From Elusimicrobiota bacterium (lineage in GTDB: Bacteria > Elusimicrobiota > UBA8919), in contig JAFGLF010000018.1 of assembly GCA_016928195.1 (NCBI GenBank), positions 30,731 to 94,730 on the forward strand: a stretch of DNA of 64,000 bases, written 5' to 3'. Numbering within the stretch: the first letter of the stretch is position 1; each line of letters starts with the position of its first letter. This document shows, piece after piece, positions 26,629 through 35,688 of this stretch. The notes under the pieces are model-generated. The model was not told the DNA's origin. It saw only the letters and a list, made by a program, of their open reading frames with translations, and ran no database searches. The position numbers and the translations under genes were made by a program.

Positions 26629-28624
26629 TTTGATTTCCTTTATCTATACTTTTAGTATTCCTGCATTTAGGATAACCACTGCAAGCCAAAAACTTACCTC
26701 TTCTGCCGGATCTTATAACCATAGGTTTTCCGCAGTCAGAACATTTTTCTTCAGTTTTTTCAGGAATGATTTTTTCACCTTCTTTATTGAGGGATATGGT
26801 GTTTCTACATTTAGGAAAATTCGAACACGCCATAAACTTCCCGAATCTACCGTCACGGATAACCATAGGGGATCCGCACTTGGAACATTTTTCACTGGTT
26901 TCTATAACCTGTTTAATATTTTTCATATCTAATCTCGCTTTATCCAATGTTTTTGCAAACGGTGTATGGAAATCAGCCAACATTTTCTTCCATTTTACCC
27001 TGCCATCAGCAATTCCGTCAAGTTTTTCTTCCATCTCTGCGGTAAAATTCAAATCCAGAATTTCCATAAAATATTTTTTTAAAACATCCATAACCGTAAA
27101 ACTGATTTCCTGCGGAATAATTTTTGTTTTTTCAATATTCACATATCCCCTGTGTCTTAAAACCGAAAGCGTAGGAGCATATGTAGAAGGCCGGCCGATA
27201 CCGCGTTCTTCAAGTGTCTTTATAAGTGAAGCTTCTGTGTATCTCGGAGGAGGTTCGGTAAAATGCTGTTTGGGAGTAAGCTGTTTAAGTGTAACTTTTT
27301 CCCCTTCATTCAGTTCTGGAAGCATAGTATCTTTTAAGTCTTCAGGATATATTTTAAGATAACCGGCAAATTTAACCGATGAGCCCGTGGCATGAAAAAT
27401 ATAATCTTTTGCTTTAATATCGACAGCAACGGCATTTATTACTGCAGATGCCATCTGGCTCGCAATAAATCTTAACCATATCAGTTCGTAAAGTTTTTGT
27501 GCATCTTTTTCGAGTTTTAGTGTTTTAGGGGTTTTTAAAACATTTGTAGGTCTTATCGCTTCGTGTGCTTCCTGTGCCGATTTACTTTTTGTTTTATATA
27601 TTTTAATTTTTGGAGGTAAATATTCCTTGCCGTAGTTTTTCAAGATATACTCTGACGCCTGTTTCTGGGCAGCTTTTGCAACATCAAGTGAATCCGTTCT
27701 CATATATGTGATAAGACCGTTCTCATATAGTTTCTGGGCAACAGACATTGTCTTTGTGGAATTAAAACCGAGTTTATTTATTGCTTCCCTCTGAAGAGTG
27801 GATGTCATAAATGGCGGGAGCGGGTTTTTCCGACGTTCACTCTTTTTAATAGAAGAAACTATAAACTCACTGTTATTCAAATCTGCCATAATTTCTTTGG
27901 CAGCGTCTTCCGTTCTTATTGATGTTACTTTTATATTATATTTTTCTGCGAATAACTGATTTGCAATCGTAGAATGGTATTTTTTGCCATCCTTGGAAAC
28001 AAGATCCGCATTAAAATCCTGTTGTTCCTTCCCGAGTAAAGCAGCTATGGTCCAGTATTCCTGCGGCTTAAAATTTTTAATCTCGTTTTCTCTTTCAACA
28101 ATCAGCCGCAGAGCAACCGATTGAACCCTGCCTGCCGAAAGACCTTTTCTCACATTCTTTCCTAAAAGCGGGCTTATCTGATAACCGACCAGGCGATCCA
28201 AAATCCTTCTTGTCTGCTGAGCATCAACAAGATTAATATTGATGACACGGGGTTCTCTTATTGCTTCTTCGATTGCAGATTGTGTAATCTCATGGAAAAC
28301 AATCCGTTTGACTTTTTTAATATCAATTTTTGCAAATTCAACTATATGCCATCCAATGGCTTCACCCTCTCTGTCGTAGTCGGTCGCAATAAAAACATCC
28401 GGAGCCGACTTTATAGCAGATGCTATTTCACTCATTGCTTTTTCTTTTCCGGGAAGTATCTGATAGGTTGGCTGGAAATCATTTTTCAGATCTACACCAA
28501 GTTTTCTCTGAGGCAAATCACGCACATGTCCCATTGAAGCAATAACTTTAAATTTTCCCTTCAGAAAACTCGTTATCATTTTTGCTTTGGTCGGCGATTC
28601 AACAATTACTAAAGGATTCCCCAT
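26612..28624 (-). CDS. topA: DNA topoisomerase I
   Basis: TOPRIM (LVIVESPTKA, ATDYDREGE), active-site ITYMRTDS and two C-terminal 4-Cys zinc ribbons. Start set to ATG 28624 (MGNPLVIVESP). Confidence 0.95.
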   Translation of the reverse strand: MGNPLVIVESPTKAKMITSFLKGKFKVIASMGHVRDLPQRKLGVDLKNDFQPTYQILPGKEKAMSEIASAIKSAPDVFIATDYDREGEAIGWHIVEFAKIDIKKVKRIVFHEITQSAIEEAIREPRVININLVDAQQTRRILDRLVGYQISPLLGKNVRKGLSAGRVQSVALRLIVERENEIKNFKPQEYWTIAALLGKEQQDFNADLVSKDGKKYHSTIANQLFAEKYNIKVTSIRTEDAAKEIMADLNNSEFIVSSIKKSERRKNPLPPFMTSTLQREAINKLGFNSTKTMSVAQKLYENGLITYMRTDSLDVAKAAQKQASEYILKNYGKEYLPPKIKIYKTKSKSAQEAHEAIRPTNVLKTPKTLKLEKDAQKLYELIWLRFIASQMASAVINAVAVDIKAKDYIFHATGSSVKFAGYLKIYPEDLKDTMLPELNEGEKVTLKQLTPKQHFTEPPPRYTEASLIKTLEERGIGRPSTYAPTLSVLRHRGYVNIEKTKIIPQEISFTVMDVLKKYFMEILDLNFTAEMEEKLDGIADGRVKWKKMLADFHTPFAKTLDKARLDMKNIKQVIETSEKCSKCGSPMVIRDGRFGKFMACSNFPKCRNTISLNKEGEKIIPEKTEEKCSDCGKPMVIRSGRRGKFLACSGYPKCRNTKSIDKGNQSENKT

Positions 28625-28764
28625 ATTCGCTTCGCGAATACACGAATTACCACAAATTAACAACCGAATTGCCGCAAATAATCCTTCAACCTTGCTCAGT
28701 ATGGTGAGCTTGTCGAACCATTAGCGGTAATTTGGGTTTTGATTCGCGGTCATTTGTATTCCTC
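28625..28764. repeat. word-array spacer (ATTCGCG + AATTACCACAAAT modules)
   Basis: AATTACCACAAATTAACAACCGAATTGCCGCAAAT closely parallels 63109-63143. Flanked by ATTCGCG/CGCGAAT words. Confidence 0.7.
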
Positions 28765-29871
28765 TCACTCCTTTCTAATATACATTTTTCCCGGTAGCTC
28801 AGAAATAAAACCGTTTATTACAAGCTCCAAAAGAACAGCAGAAAGCTTTTCAACCGGCACTTTTGTTTTCTCGGATAGTAAATCAATATGAACAGGTTCA
28901 AAACTTATTGTTTCAAAAATCAATTTTGCTCTTTCGCTTAGATTCTTATTCTCTTTGACAATTTTCAGGTTCCTCCTGGTCCTTTCTACAAAATTTTTCA
29001 AAACGCTGATCCCGTCTATAACATCATCTGCCGTCTCTATTAAACCTGCTCCCTGTTTAAGAAGTATATGAGACCCTTTGGAGTATTTTGAAAAAATATT
29101 TCCTGGTACAGCAAAAACATCCTTTCCCTGTTCAACAGCATATTTTGCTGTTATCAGTGAACCACTCTTTTCATCAGCCTCAACAACAATAACCCCCAGA
29201 GAAAGTCCGCTTATCAGCCGGTTCCTTCTGGGAAAATTCTGTTTATCGGGTCTCATATGCATGTTGAATTCAGAAATGACAGCACCATTCACCGCAATCT
29301 TATCTTCAAGCTTCCTGTTTTCCGGAGGATAGTGATGCATAAGCCCATTACCTAAAACTGCAATTGTCCTCCCTTTTTCCTCAACAGCCGTTTTATGTGC
29401 TATCATATCAACTCCGCGGGCTAGACCGCTTACAATCGTAATTCCTTCATCACTTAGATCTCTTACGAGATGTTCACATACAATTCTTCCATAGGAAGTA
29501 ATCTTTCTGGTACCTACAACAGCAACAGAAACGGCATCACTTTTCTTTATATGACCTTTTACATAAAGTATAGGAGGATATCCATAAATTGTTTTTAACA
29601 TTTCTGGATATTCATCCATAAAAGCGGCAATAATTTTTACTCCATTACTATCCGCAATTCTAACTTCTTTCTGAATATCTATTTTTTTCCGCTCGGCAAC
29701 AATTGTATCTGCGATTTTTCTTTCAATACCTTCTACCTGCATTAAATCTACGGCAGATACTGATAAGACTTTTTGAGCAGTACCAAAAAAGTCCAGCAGC
29801 TTCTTAAATCTGACAGGCCCAATAACTGATATTTGATTTAATATAAGCCAAGATTCTAACTCGGTGGGCAT
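28765..29871 (-). CDS. dprA: DNA processing protein DprA/Smf
   Basis: VVGTRKITSYG, SGLARGVD and KSGSLITA, plus a C-terminal winged-helix-like tail. Confidence 0.9.
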   Translation of the reverse strand: MPTELESWLILNQISVIGPVRFKKLLDFFGTAQKVLSVSAVDLMQVEGIERKIADTIVAERKKIDIQKEVRIADSNGVKIIAAFMDEYPEMLKTIYGYPPILYVKGHIKKSDAVSVAVVGTRKITSYGRIVCEHLVRDLSDEGITIVSGLARGVDMIAHKTAVEEKGRTIAVLGNGLMHHYPPENRKLEDKIAVNGAVISEFNMHMRPDKQNFPRRNRLISGLSLGVIVVEADEKSGSLITAKYAVEQGKDVFAVPGNIFSKYSKGSHILLKQGAGLIETADDVIDGISVLKNFVERTRRNLKIVKENKNLSERAKLIFETISFEPVHIDLLSEKTKVPVEKLSAVLLELVINGFISELPGKMYIRKE

Positions 29872-29984
29872 TTAAAATATTATATCAGAAATAAAAAAAA
29901 AGTCAACCCCACCACCCCGATAAATCGGGGCTGCGGGGCAACCCTATCTGTTCAAACTTATGATTACACCGATTTGAGCCATTA
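29872..29984. repeat. GC-rich hairpin spacer
   Basis: GTCAACCCCACCACC (29902-29916) is shared with 53354-53368. The CCCCGATAAATCGGGG hairpin (29915-29930) is the reverse complement of CCCGATTTATCGGG at 55050-55063. Confidence 0.7.
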
Positions 29985-30686
29985 TTACATTGGGCGGCGG
30001 GCTCCAACAAACCTTTTACTATAATATCTTTCGTTAAGAGAACTTATAGTGACCTTTCTGGCACCATAAGAAGCATGGATAAACTCATCATTGCCTATAT
30101 ACATCCCGACATGATGAATTCTTGAACCTCTTAAATATTTCTTAAAAAATACCAGATCCCCTGGCATCAATTCGTTTTTTCTTATTCTCTTTCCAATTTT
30201 GAATTGTAAACGGGAGGTTCGCGGAAGGATCGTACCCAGTGATTTATATACTGTCTGCATAAAAAAAGAACAATCGATTCCCTGTTCCGGATCCATACCG
30301 CCATACTTGTAATTAACCCCTAAAAATTCAAATGCAAAATTAATTAGTTCTCCCAGCATTTCTCCGGAAATATCCAAATCCATTTCAGAAAGCATTACTT
30401 TATCGACGTTAGATTCATCCATCAAACTAGCAGATATATTTTCATAAAAATGAAGTTTGGAAATTACAAACTCTGCTTTTTCTTTTTCCTCATAAGGCCC
30501 AACAATAACCTTGTAATTATTTTTGAAATAAAGCGATGCCGGGTAATCATGACTGGCAAGATATACAATAAGATTCATAGCAGATGCTTTATCCTTAAAA
30601 ACCCCTGCACGAATCAAATAATCCCCATAGAGACAGGTTGTAATATAACAAGATAAAAAAATAGAAAATAAAATATTTCTTTTCAT
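29985..30686 (-). CDS. SPOR-domain NlpC/P60 peptidoglycan endopeptidase
   Basis: Signal peptide. SPOR-like segment (LIRAGVFKDKASA ... VIVGPYEEKEKAE). NlpC/P60 core (GIDCSFFMQ ... HHVGMYIG ... FIHAS). Confidence 0.8.
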   Translation of the reverse strand: MKRNILFSIFLSCYITTCLYGDYLIRAGVFKDKASAMNLIVYLASHDYPASLYFKNNYKVIVGPYEEKEKAEFVISKLHFYENISASLMDESNVDKVMLSEMDLDISGEMLGELINFAFEFLGVNYKYGGMDPEQGIDCSFFMQTVYKSLGTILPRTSRLQFKIGKRIRKNELMPGDLVFFKKYLRGSRIHHVGMYIGNDEFIHASYGARKVTISSLNERYYSKRFVGARRPM

Positions 30687-30687
30687 T

Positions 30688-31071
30688 TTAAAAACTCATT
30701 AATACGTCCAGCCTGTTTTTAACCCTTTTGATTTCTTCATATTCCGGATATTCCTGTACAATCCTTTTTAAAACTTCTATTGCCTGATGACGCCTCTGTG
30801 TTTCTGCATAGACCAGTCCCAATTGATACATAGCTTCGACATTATATTCTGACTCGGGATATTTTTCCGATATACGTTTAAAACAGAGTTCAGCATGTTC
30901 ATAATTGGACGCTGTTTTGTAAATTTTCCCTAAATTAAACTGAAGTTTAGGTGCCCAGGATTTATCCGAATTCTTATCGATATAATCCTGTAATTTCCCG
31001 GTTTTAATAAAATTCGATGCCCAATAAAAAATTCCGAGTACTATAAGAACAAATATTAAAAATTTTCTCAC
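30688..31071 (-). CDS. membrane-anchored TPR protein (YbgF/BamD-like repeats)
   Basis: N-terminal TM helix followed by two or three TPR-like repeats ending in EKYPESEY and QEYPEYEE. Confidence 0.6.
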   Translation of the reverse strand: MRKFLIFVLIVLGIFYWASNFIKTGKLQDYIDKNSDKSWAPKLQFNLGKIYKTASNYEHAELCFKRISEKYPESEYNVEAMYQLGLVYAETQRRHQAIEVLKRIVQEYPEYEEIKRVKNRLDVLMSF

Positions 31072-31117
31072 ATTAACCTATTGTTAAAATTAATCCTCAG
31101 TACTTATCATTGAACCT

Positions 31118-31801
31118 TCAATTACTTTTTACCTTAGGCTGCTTTTTAATCATATCGCCGACAACAATAGGCTCACGGGACATTAGAACCCTTCCGGTAC
31201 ATGTTTCCTGCTGTATATCGGTTGTAACCTCAACAACACCTATTTTTCTCATAAGAGTACCTATTTTTTTGCCTGTTTCGGGATGATAAATTACTCTGTC
31301 TTTTCTATAAACAGTAAACCTATCATGTGATTTTACGTCTTGTTTTTTACCGACATCAAGGAATACGGTATTACCCTGGCCTATAAAAGTTAGTGCATTT
31401 TTTTCTCCGGAAACATATCCGTCATACACCCAGTTTTCATCAGCAATAATGGTGTCTTCTTCAATTTCATCGGTTTTTTTCTTTTCTTGTGTAGAAACTG
31501 GGGGCTCAAATTCCTCTATTATTTCTTCTTCAGCTTCTGTCTCCCCGCCCGCCTCTTCTATCTCATCCGTAACTTCAATAGGAATAATAAGTGTATCTCC
31601 GGGAAATATCCAATGAGAATTTTTAATATATTTATTGTATGAATAAATCTTTTTCCACTCATCCCGGTCGTTATAGAACCTCTGAGCAATCTTTGAAAGC
31701 GTATCGCCTTTAACAACGGTATAGACCTTTAGTTCTTCTTTTGAAAAACAGAGATCAATCCCTACGGTTAAGGCGATCAGGATAATTAAAATTCTTTTCA
31801 T
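31118..31801 (-). CDS. LysM-domain secreted protein
   Basis: Signal peptide, then LysM ([17 protein letters not shown] ... [10 protein letters not shown]), an acidic linker and a beta-rich C-domain. Start set to ATG 31801 with a GGAGGG SD. Confidence 0.75.
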   Translation of the reverse strand: MKRILIILIALTVGIDLCFSKEELKVYTVVKGDTLSKIAQRFYNDRDEWKKIYSYNKYIKNSHWIFPGDTLIIPIEVTDEIEEAGGETEAEEEIIEEFEPPVSTQEKKKTDEIEEDTIIADENWVYDGYVSGEKNALTFIGQGNTVFLDVGKKQDVKSHDRFTVYRKDRVIYHPETGKKIGTLMRKIGVVEVTTDIQQETCTGRVLMSREPIVVGDMIKKQPKVKSN

Positions 31802-31844
31802 ATTACCCTCCGTAAAATCATATTTTAATATTATAGAGAATTTA

Positions 31845-32249
31845 TCACGGTTTGTCAATAGTTTTCTTGGATATCTTGAAAAATAACCAGTTTTTTCCGG
31901 CAGGATTGCTTCTTTTAAGTTTAATTAGACAGAATTTGCCCTTTAGTCTTTTACCGCTTAGGTCAAAAACAACCTCATCTTTTTCGAATTTTACAGGGCT
32001 ATAACTGCCTGTATCCCATATTTCAACTTTACCGGCACCATATTGTCCTTCGGGTATCTCTCCGGAAAAACCCCCATATTCAAGGGTATGATCTGCTACC
32101 TGAATAGCCAGACGTTTCACAGATGAATCATTAACAGGTTCTTTAGGTACAGCCCAGCTTTTTAACACCCCGTCTTTTTCCAGACGCAGGTCATAGTGTA
32201 GGTTTTTTGCAAAATGTTTATGTATCACAAAAACAGGTTTTTTATCCAT
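31845..32249 (-). CDS. stand-alone LigD-type 3-prime phosphoesterase domain protein
   Basis: [30 protein letters not shown] and GKVEIWD match the LigD PE domain. 134 aa with no ligase or polymerase domain. Confidence 0.75.
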   Translation of the reverse strand: MDKKPVFVIHKHFAKNLHYDLRLEKDGVLKSWAVPKEPVNDSSVKRLAIQVADHTLEYGGFSGEIPEGQYGAGKVEIWDTGSYSPVKFEKDEVVFDLSGKRLKGKFCLIKLKRSNPAGKNWLFFKISKKTIDKP

Positions 32250-32393
32250 AAAAAGAATTTAAAGGAAGTCCGGATGGTGATTTTTAGACTGGTTTTCTAT
32301 GGACAATAATTATTATTATAAGTAATCCTAAAAAAGAAAAACCTTTTATTTTTATCGATTGTATTGTTGTTCAATATTCAATATGTATTTCTA

Positions 32394-32981
32394 TCAATAC
32401 TCCGTTGTAAATACCTTATCATCTAAATCAGTATATTCAATCTCTTGGCATTGATAAGTAGTCTCCGTTACAACCATGGATACCTGTTTAGAATAGACAC
32501 TCTCTATCGATTTAAGTAAAACTCCTGTCTCGGCATCAATCCAGTATTTAGCTGTGACTTCTCCGTCAGGGCGGTTCATCATAAGTCCGTAGACTTTTGT
32601 TTCTCTTCCAGCAATCTGTTCCCCTGCCTTCGATTTTCCACGAATCTTCTTATACCAGAATTTCGGATCTGTTACCCTGGCGCCGGTAACCATTTTACTG
32701 CTAAATTCTCCGGAACCGTCTGATTTAATATATTTTGTATGCATTTGTGAGCCATCATATATTCTAACATACCTTTCAGTCTGTATTCTATAACGCATAC
32801 CATCAGACATTACCGTATAGACATATTCATCCTTTGAACCTGTAACCTCACTCTCACTAACTTGTTTCCATTTTCCGATAAATGATACATTATCCTTGCT
32901 GTCTCCGCAACCGGAAAATCCGATTACAACCGATATTAATAAAAAATATGCCCCCGCACATCTAATGTGTGTTAAAAACAT
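32394..32981 (-). CDS. hypothetical lipoprotein
   Basis: Signal peptide ending in the lipobox-like GFSGC. Beta-rich 195-aa ORF with no recognised motifs. Confidence 0.5.
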   Translation of the reverse strand: MFLTHIRCAGAYFLLISVVIGFSGCGDSKDNVSFIGKWKQVSESEVTGSKDEYVYTVMSDGMRYRIQTERYVRIYDGSQMHTKYIKSDGSGEFSSKMVTGARVTDPKFWYKKIRGKSKAGEQIAGRETKVYGLMMNRPDGEVTAKYWIDAETGVLLKSIESVYSKQVSMVVTETTYQCQEIEYTDLDDKVFTTEY

Positions 32982-33044
32982 CTCTCCTCCTATAATATGC
33001 CGGACTCAATCTTACTAATTATCAGAATACTTTATATGGCTTTA

Positions 33045-33719
33045 TTATTTCTTTTTCAAAGAATCAACCAGTTCATTAACCCATTTTGCAGCTATATCTT
33101 TACAACCCAATCCAAATGCAATAGCAAAAGCAAGACCGAATGATGCTACTATTACTGTAACTATCTTGTTTATTATTTCAGTAGCAATGTTAAGCTGTTC
33201 TGCTGCGATTATTACTGAAAAAATAACTATAATTATCGATACAACTTTACCAAGAACTCTAGCATGAATAATACCTGCATTCACACATGCCGTAACAACT
33301 ATGGAACTGAGAAACGTTGCCAAGAAAAGACCCAAAACAAGAATAAATGCTGCCAATATTACATTGGGAACATAACGTATAATATCATCAAGAATTCCGC
33401 TTACGTCAGTAAGTCCCAGAGCATTTACCGCTGTCGTCAGAGTAATAAGAATTACTATCCAATAAAAAATGATTCCTATAACTTCCGGCAGGGTATATTT
33501 AATTCCTGCCTTTTCAAGTATCTTCGAAAAACCTACTTTCCCGGATAAAGTACCCAGCTTCAAGAAAAACAAAATCTTAATAATCAGATTTTTCAATGCC
33601 AACGCAACAAGCCATCCCACAATAAGAATCAGTAAAAACCCGATGAAAACCGGAACGAACTCTGCAACACGTCCTATCATCATGTTGATAGGTTCAACAA
33701 ACACAGCCTTCCAATCCAT
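33045..33719 (-). CDS. membrane protein with conserved TM-helix repeats (mechanosensitive-channel-associated type)
   Basis: Four to five long hydrophobic helices with a repeated pattern. Resembles TM_helix repeat proteins. Confidence 0.6.
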   Translation of the reverse strand: MDWKAVFVEPINMMIGRVAEFVPVFIGFLLILIVGWLVALALKNLIIKILFFLKLGTLSGKVGFSKILEKAGIKYTLPEVIGIIFYWIVILITLTTAVNALGLTDVSGILDDIIRYVPNVILAAFILVLGLFLATFLSSIVVTACVNAGIIHARVLGKVVSIIIVIFSVIIAAEQLNIATEIINKIVTVIVASFGLAFAIAFGLGCKDIAAKWVNELVDSLKKK

Positions 33720-33916
33720 AATCCCTCCTCTATATTTTTAGGGCATTAGCCCTAATATCCGATATATCTATTTTGCAGCCTTATTTTATAAAAAATATAT
33801 ATAAAAAACAACTAAAATCTTATCAAATTTTATTATTTTATCCCTTATATACTTCCTTATTTTTTTGTTACTTCGCCGCAGGCGAACCTACTCGGCTTGT
33901 TTTCTTGTTCCCAGTA

Positions 33917-34828
33917 TTATTCCATTCCTTCAATAAAATTGCGTATACATTCAGGCAGATCCGGTGAATAACCACCCTCTAAAACAGCAAAACGTGCGAT
34001 ACCAAGCGATTTAGCTGCTGTTCCTATTTTTTTATAACTATCCTTAGTAAGTTTTATATTTGTAATCGGGTCTTTTATATATGTATCAAATCCTGCGGAA
34101 ATTGTTATAATATCCGGTCCAAATTTTTTTATTTCCGAAAGGACTGTTCCCAGAGTTTTCAAATATTCACCTTCATCAGTTCCGGGTGCAATAGGAAAAT
34201 TTTTACAATTCTCCTTTGAAGTCAATCCTGTTCCGGGATATAGGGGAGACTGATGGATAGATGTAAACAGTACATTTTTATCCCCATAAAAAATTTCCTC
34301 AGTACCGTTGCCGTGATGACAGTCAACATCCAGAATGGCAACTTTCTTCACAAGTTTTTTTGAAAATAGGTATTTTATTGCAATGGCGATATTATTGAAA
34401 TAACAGAAACCTCCCAGCGTACCGCTTTCGGCATGATGTCCGGGTGGACGCATAAGTGAAAATGCCGTCTGCCCGTTTATAGCGGATTCCGAAGCCTGTA
34501 TAGCAGCACCTGCCGATAAGAGTGCATATTTATATATACCTGGAAGTGCCGGAGTATCAGCATCCACAAAATCTTCGGATTTGACCTCTCTAAGTAATTG
34601 TTTTGTATGAACCCTAAGAACATCCTCGTCGGAACACGACACAGCTTCCGTAATCTCATATCCTTTGGATTTTAAATAATTATACGAATCCTTTACTCTC
34701 TGCGGAGATTCAGGATGCCCGGGAGCGTTATACTCCCATGATTTTGGAGATGAAATTATTTTAACCATTTTAATCTTCCCTTGGAAGCCTAAAGCAGCCA
34801 ATATCAAGACAGCCAACATCTTCCTCAT
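33917..34828 (-). CDS. histone deacetylase-family (class II/AcuC-like) amidohydrolase
   Basis: MRPPGHHAE, DVDCHHGNGTEEIF and LEGGY. The first 20 aa look like a signal peptide. An alternative ATG at 34768 would give a cytoplasmic form. Confidence 0.85.
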   Translation of the reverse strand: MRKMLAVLILAALGFQGKIKMVKIISSPKSWEYNAPGHPESPQRVKDSYNYLKSKGYEITEAVSCSDEDVLRVHTKQLLREVKSEDFVDADTPALPGIYKYALLSAGAAIQASESAINGQTAFSLMRPPGHHAESGTLGGFCYFNNIAIAIKYLFSKKLVKKVAILDVDCHHGNGTEEIFYGDKNVLFTSIHQSPLYPGTGLTSKENCKNFPIAPGTDEGEYLKTLGTVLSEIKKFGPDIITISAGFDTYIKDPITNIKLTKDSYKKIGTAAKSLGIARFAVLEGGYSPDLPECIRNFIEGME

Positions 34829-34874
34829 GAATAATTTTTAACTGCGATATTTATATTAAACTTATATATTTCTT

Positions 34875-35591
34875 TTATTTTTCCTTAAAATAAGCATTAA
34901 AATAATCTTCTATTAAAGCTAATTTATTTTTAGCTATTGAAATAGGGACAAAATCAGCATTAGTATTGAGTGCAACCAGTGCATTGACACTGGCATCCTG
35001 GGTTATCGTACTTGAAATTCTTTTACAGAAATTTCTATTGACTATTCTTACTTCCTCGTAAAGTTTAACTAGATTTTTCAGTTCCCAATCCGGAGTTTCA
35101 CCACGTTTATATAAAAAGTATTGAGCAAGTAAATACATAGATATTGCACGATATCTACCTTCTTCCAGCGTTGCAAAAGGCAGGTGAGAACAAACCATAG
35201 GTTTCAACTTTTCCATAATAGGACAGCTGCTTGTAACCATATAAATCCCTAACAGAGAACTTAACCCGACCTGCAGTGCAACATGTTTCATATACTGTCT
35301 TGCCTCGGTTTTAATTACTATATCAACCTCTTCATAAGAGACACGGCTTTTAAATGAGTTAACAAACTCTATAAGATTTACCGCTATAGGGCAATATTTA
35401 TTTTGATTTTCATCCAACGGACAGTTGGGACATTTAAAACATCTCAACTCTGTCCAATCCGGATACGATTCGGGTTTATCGGATATTATACCTAAAGTTT
35501 TTTTATCCAGTTTAATGTTAAATTCTTTTTCCTCACCGTTTTTGAACGTAAACCTATAGCAATAAGAAATCACTTCGTTTGAATCACCCAT
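34875..35591 (-). CDS. hypothetical Cys-rich protein
   Basis: 238-aa ORF with a CFKCPNCP...CPI cluster and further conserved-looking Cys residues. Lies 46 nt upstream of the deacetylase gene. No family recognised. Confidence 0.5.
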   Translation of the reverse strand: MGDSNEVISYCYRFTFKNGEEKEFNIKLDKKTLGIISDKPESYPDWTELRCFKCPNCPLDENQNKYCPIAVNLIEFVNSFKSRVSYEEVDIVIKTEARQYMKHVALQVGLSSLLGIYMVTSSCPIMEKLKPMVCSHLPFATLEEGRYRAISMYLLAQYFLYKRGETPDWELKNLVKLYEEVRIVNRNFCKRISSTITQDASVNALVALNTNADFVPISIAKNKLALIEDYFNAYFKEK

Positions 35592-35688
35592 ACAAATACC
35601 TCCCTTAAAAATCAGAATTTAAGAATTAAAAACTAATTATCTCTCCCGCCATCGTCTCTCATCCATCTTCCATCGTCCATCTGCCGTT

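Noticed and set aside
28681-28745. Possible tRNA-like sequence (GGTTCGAC...ACCAT on the minus strand) upstream of topA
   Set aside because: No acceptor stem, D-arm or anticodon-arm geometry could be built. The T-loop-like string has the wrong loop length. It is more likely part of the spacer repeat.
33870-33895. Hairpin TTCGCC-GCA-GGCGAA after the deacetylase gene as a terminator
   Set aside because: On the minus-strand transcript the hairpin is followed by an A-run, not a U-run. The T-run is on the wrong side.
34477-34659. Short same-strand alternative-frame ORFs (26713-26895, 34477-34659, 40580-40771, 42552-42824)
   Set aside because: They are nested out of frame within well-supported genes and have no motifs.
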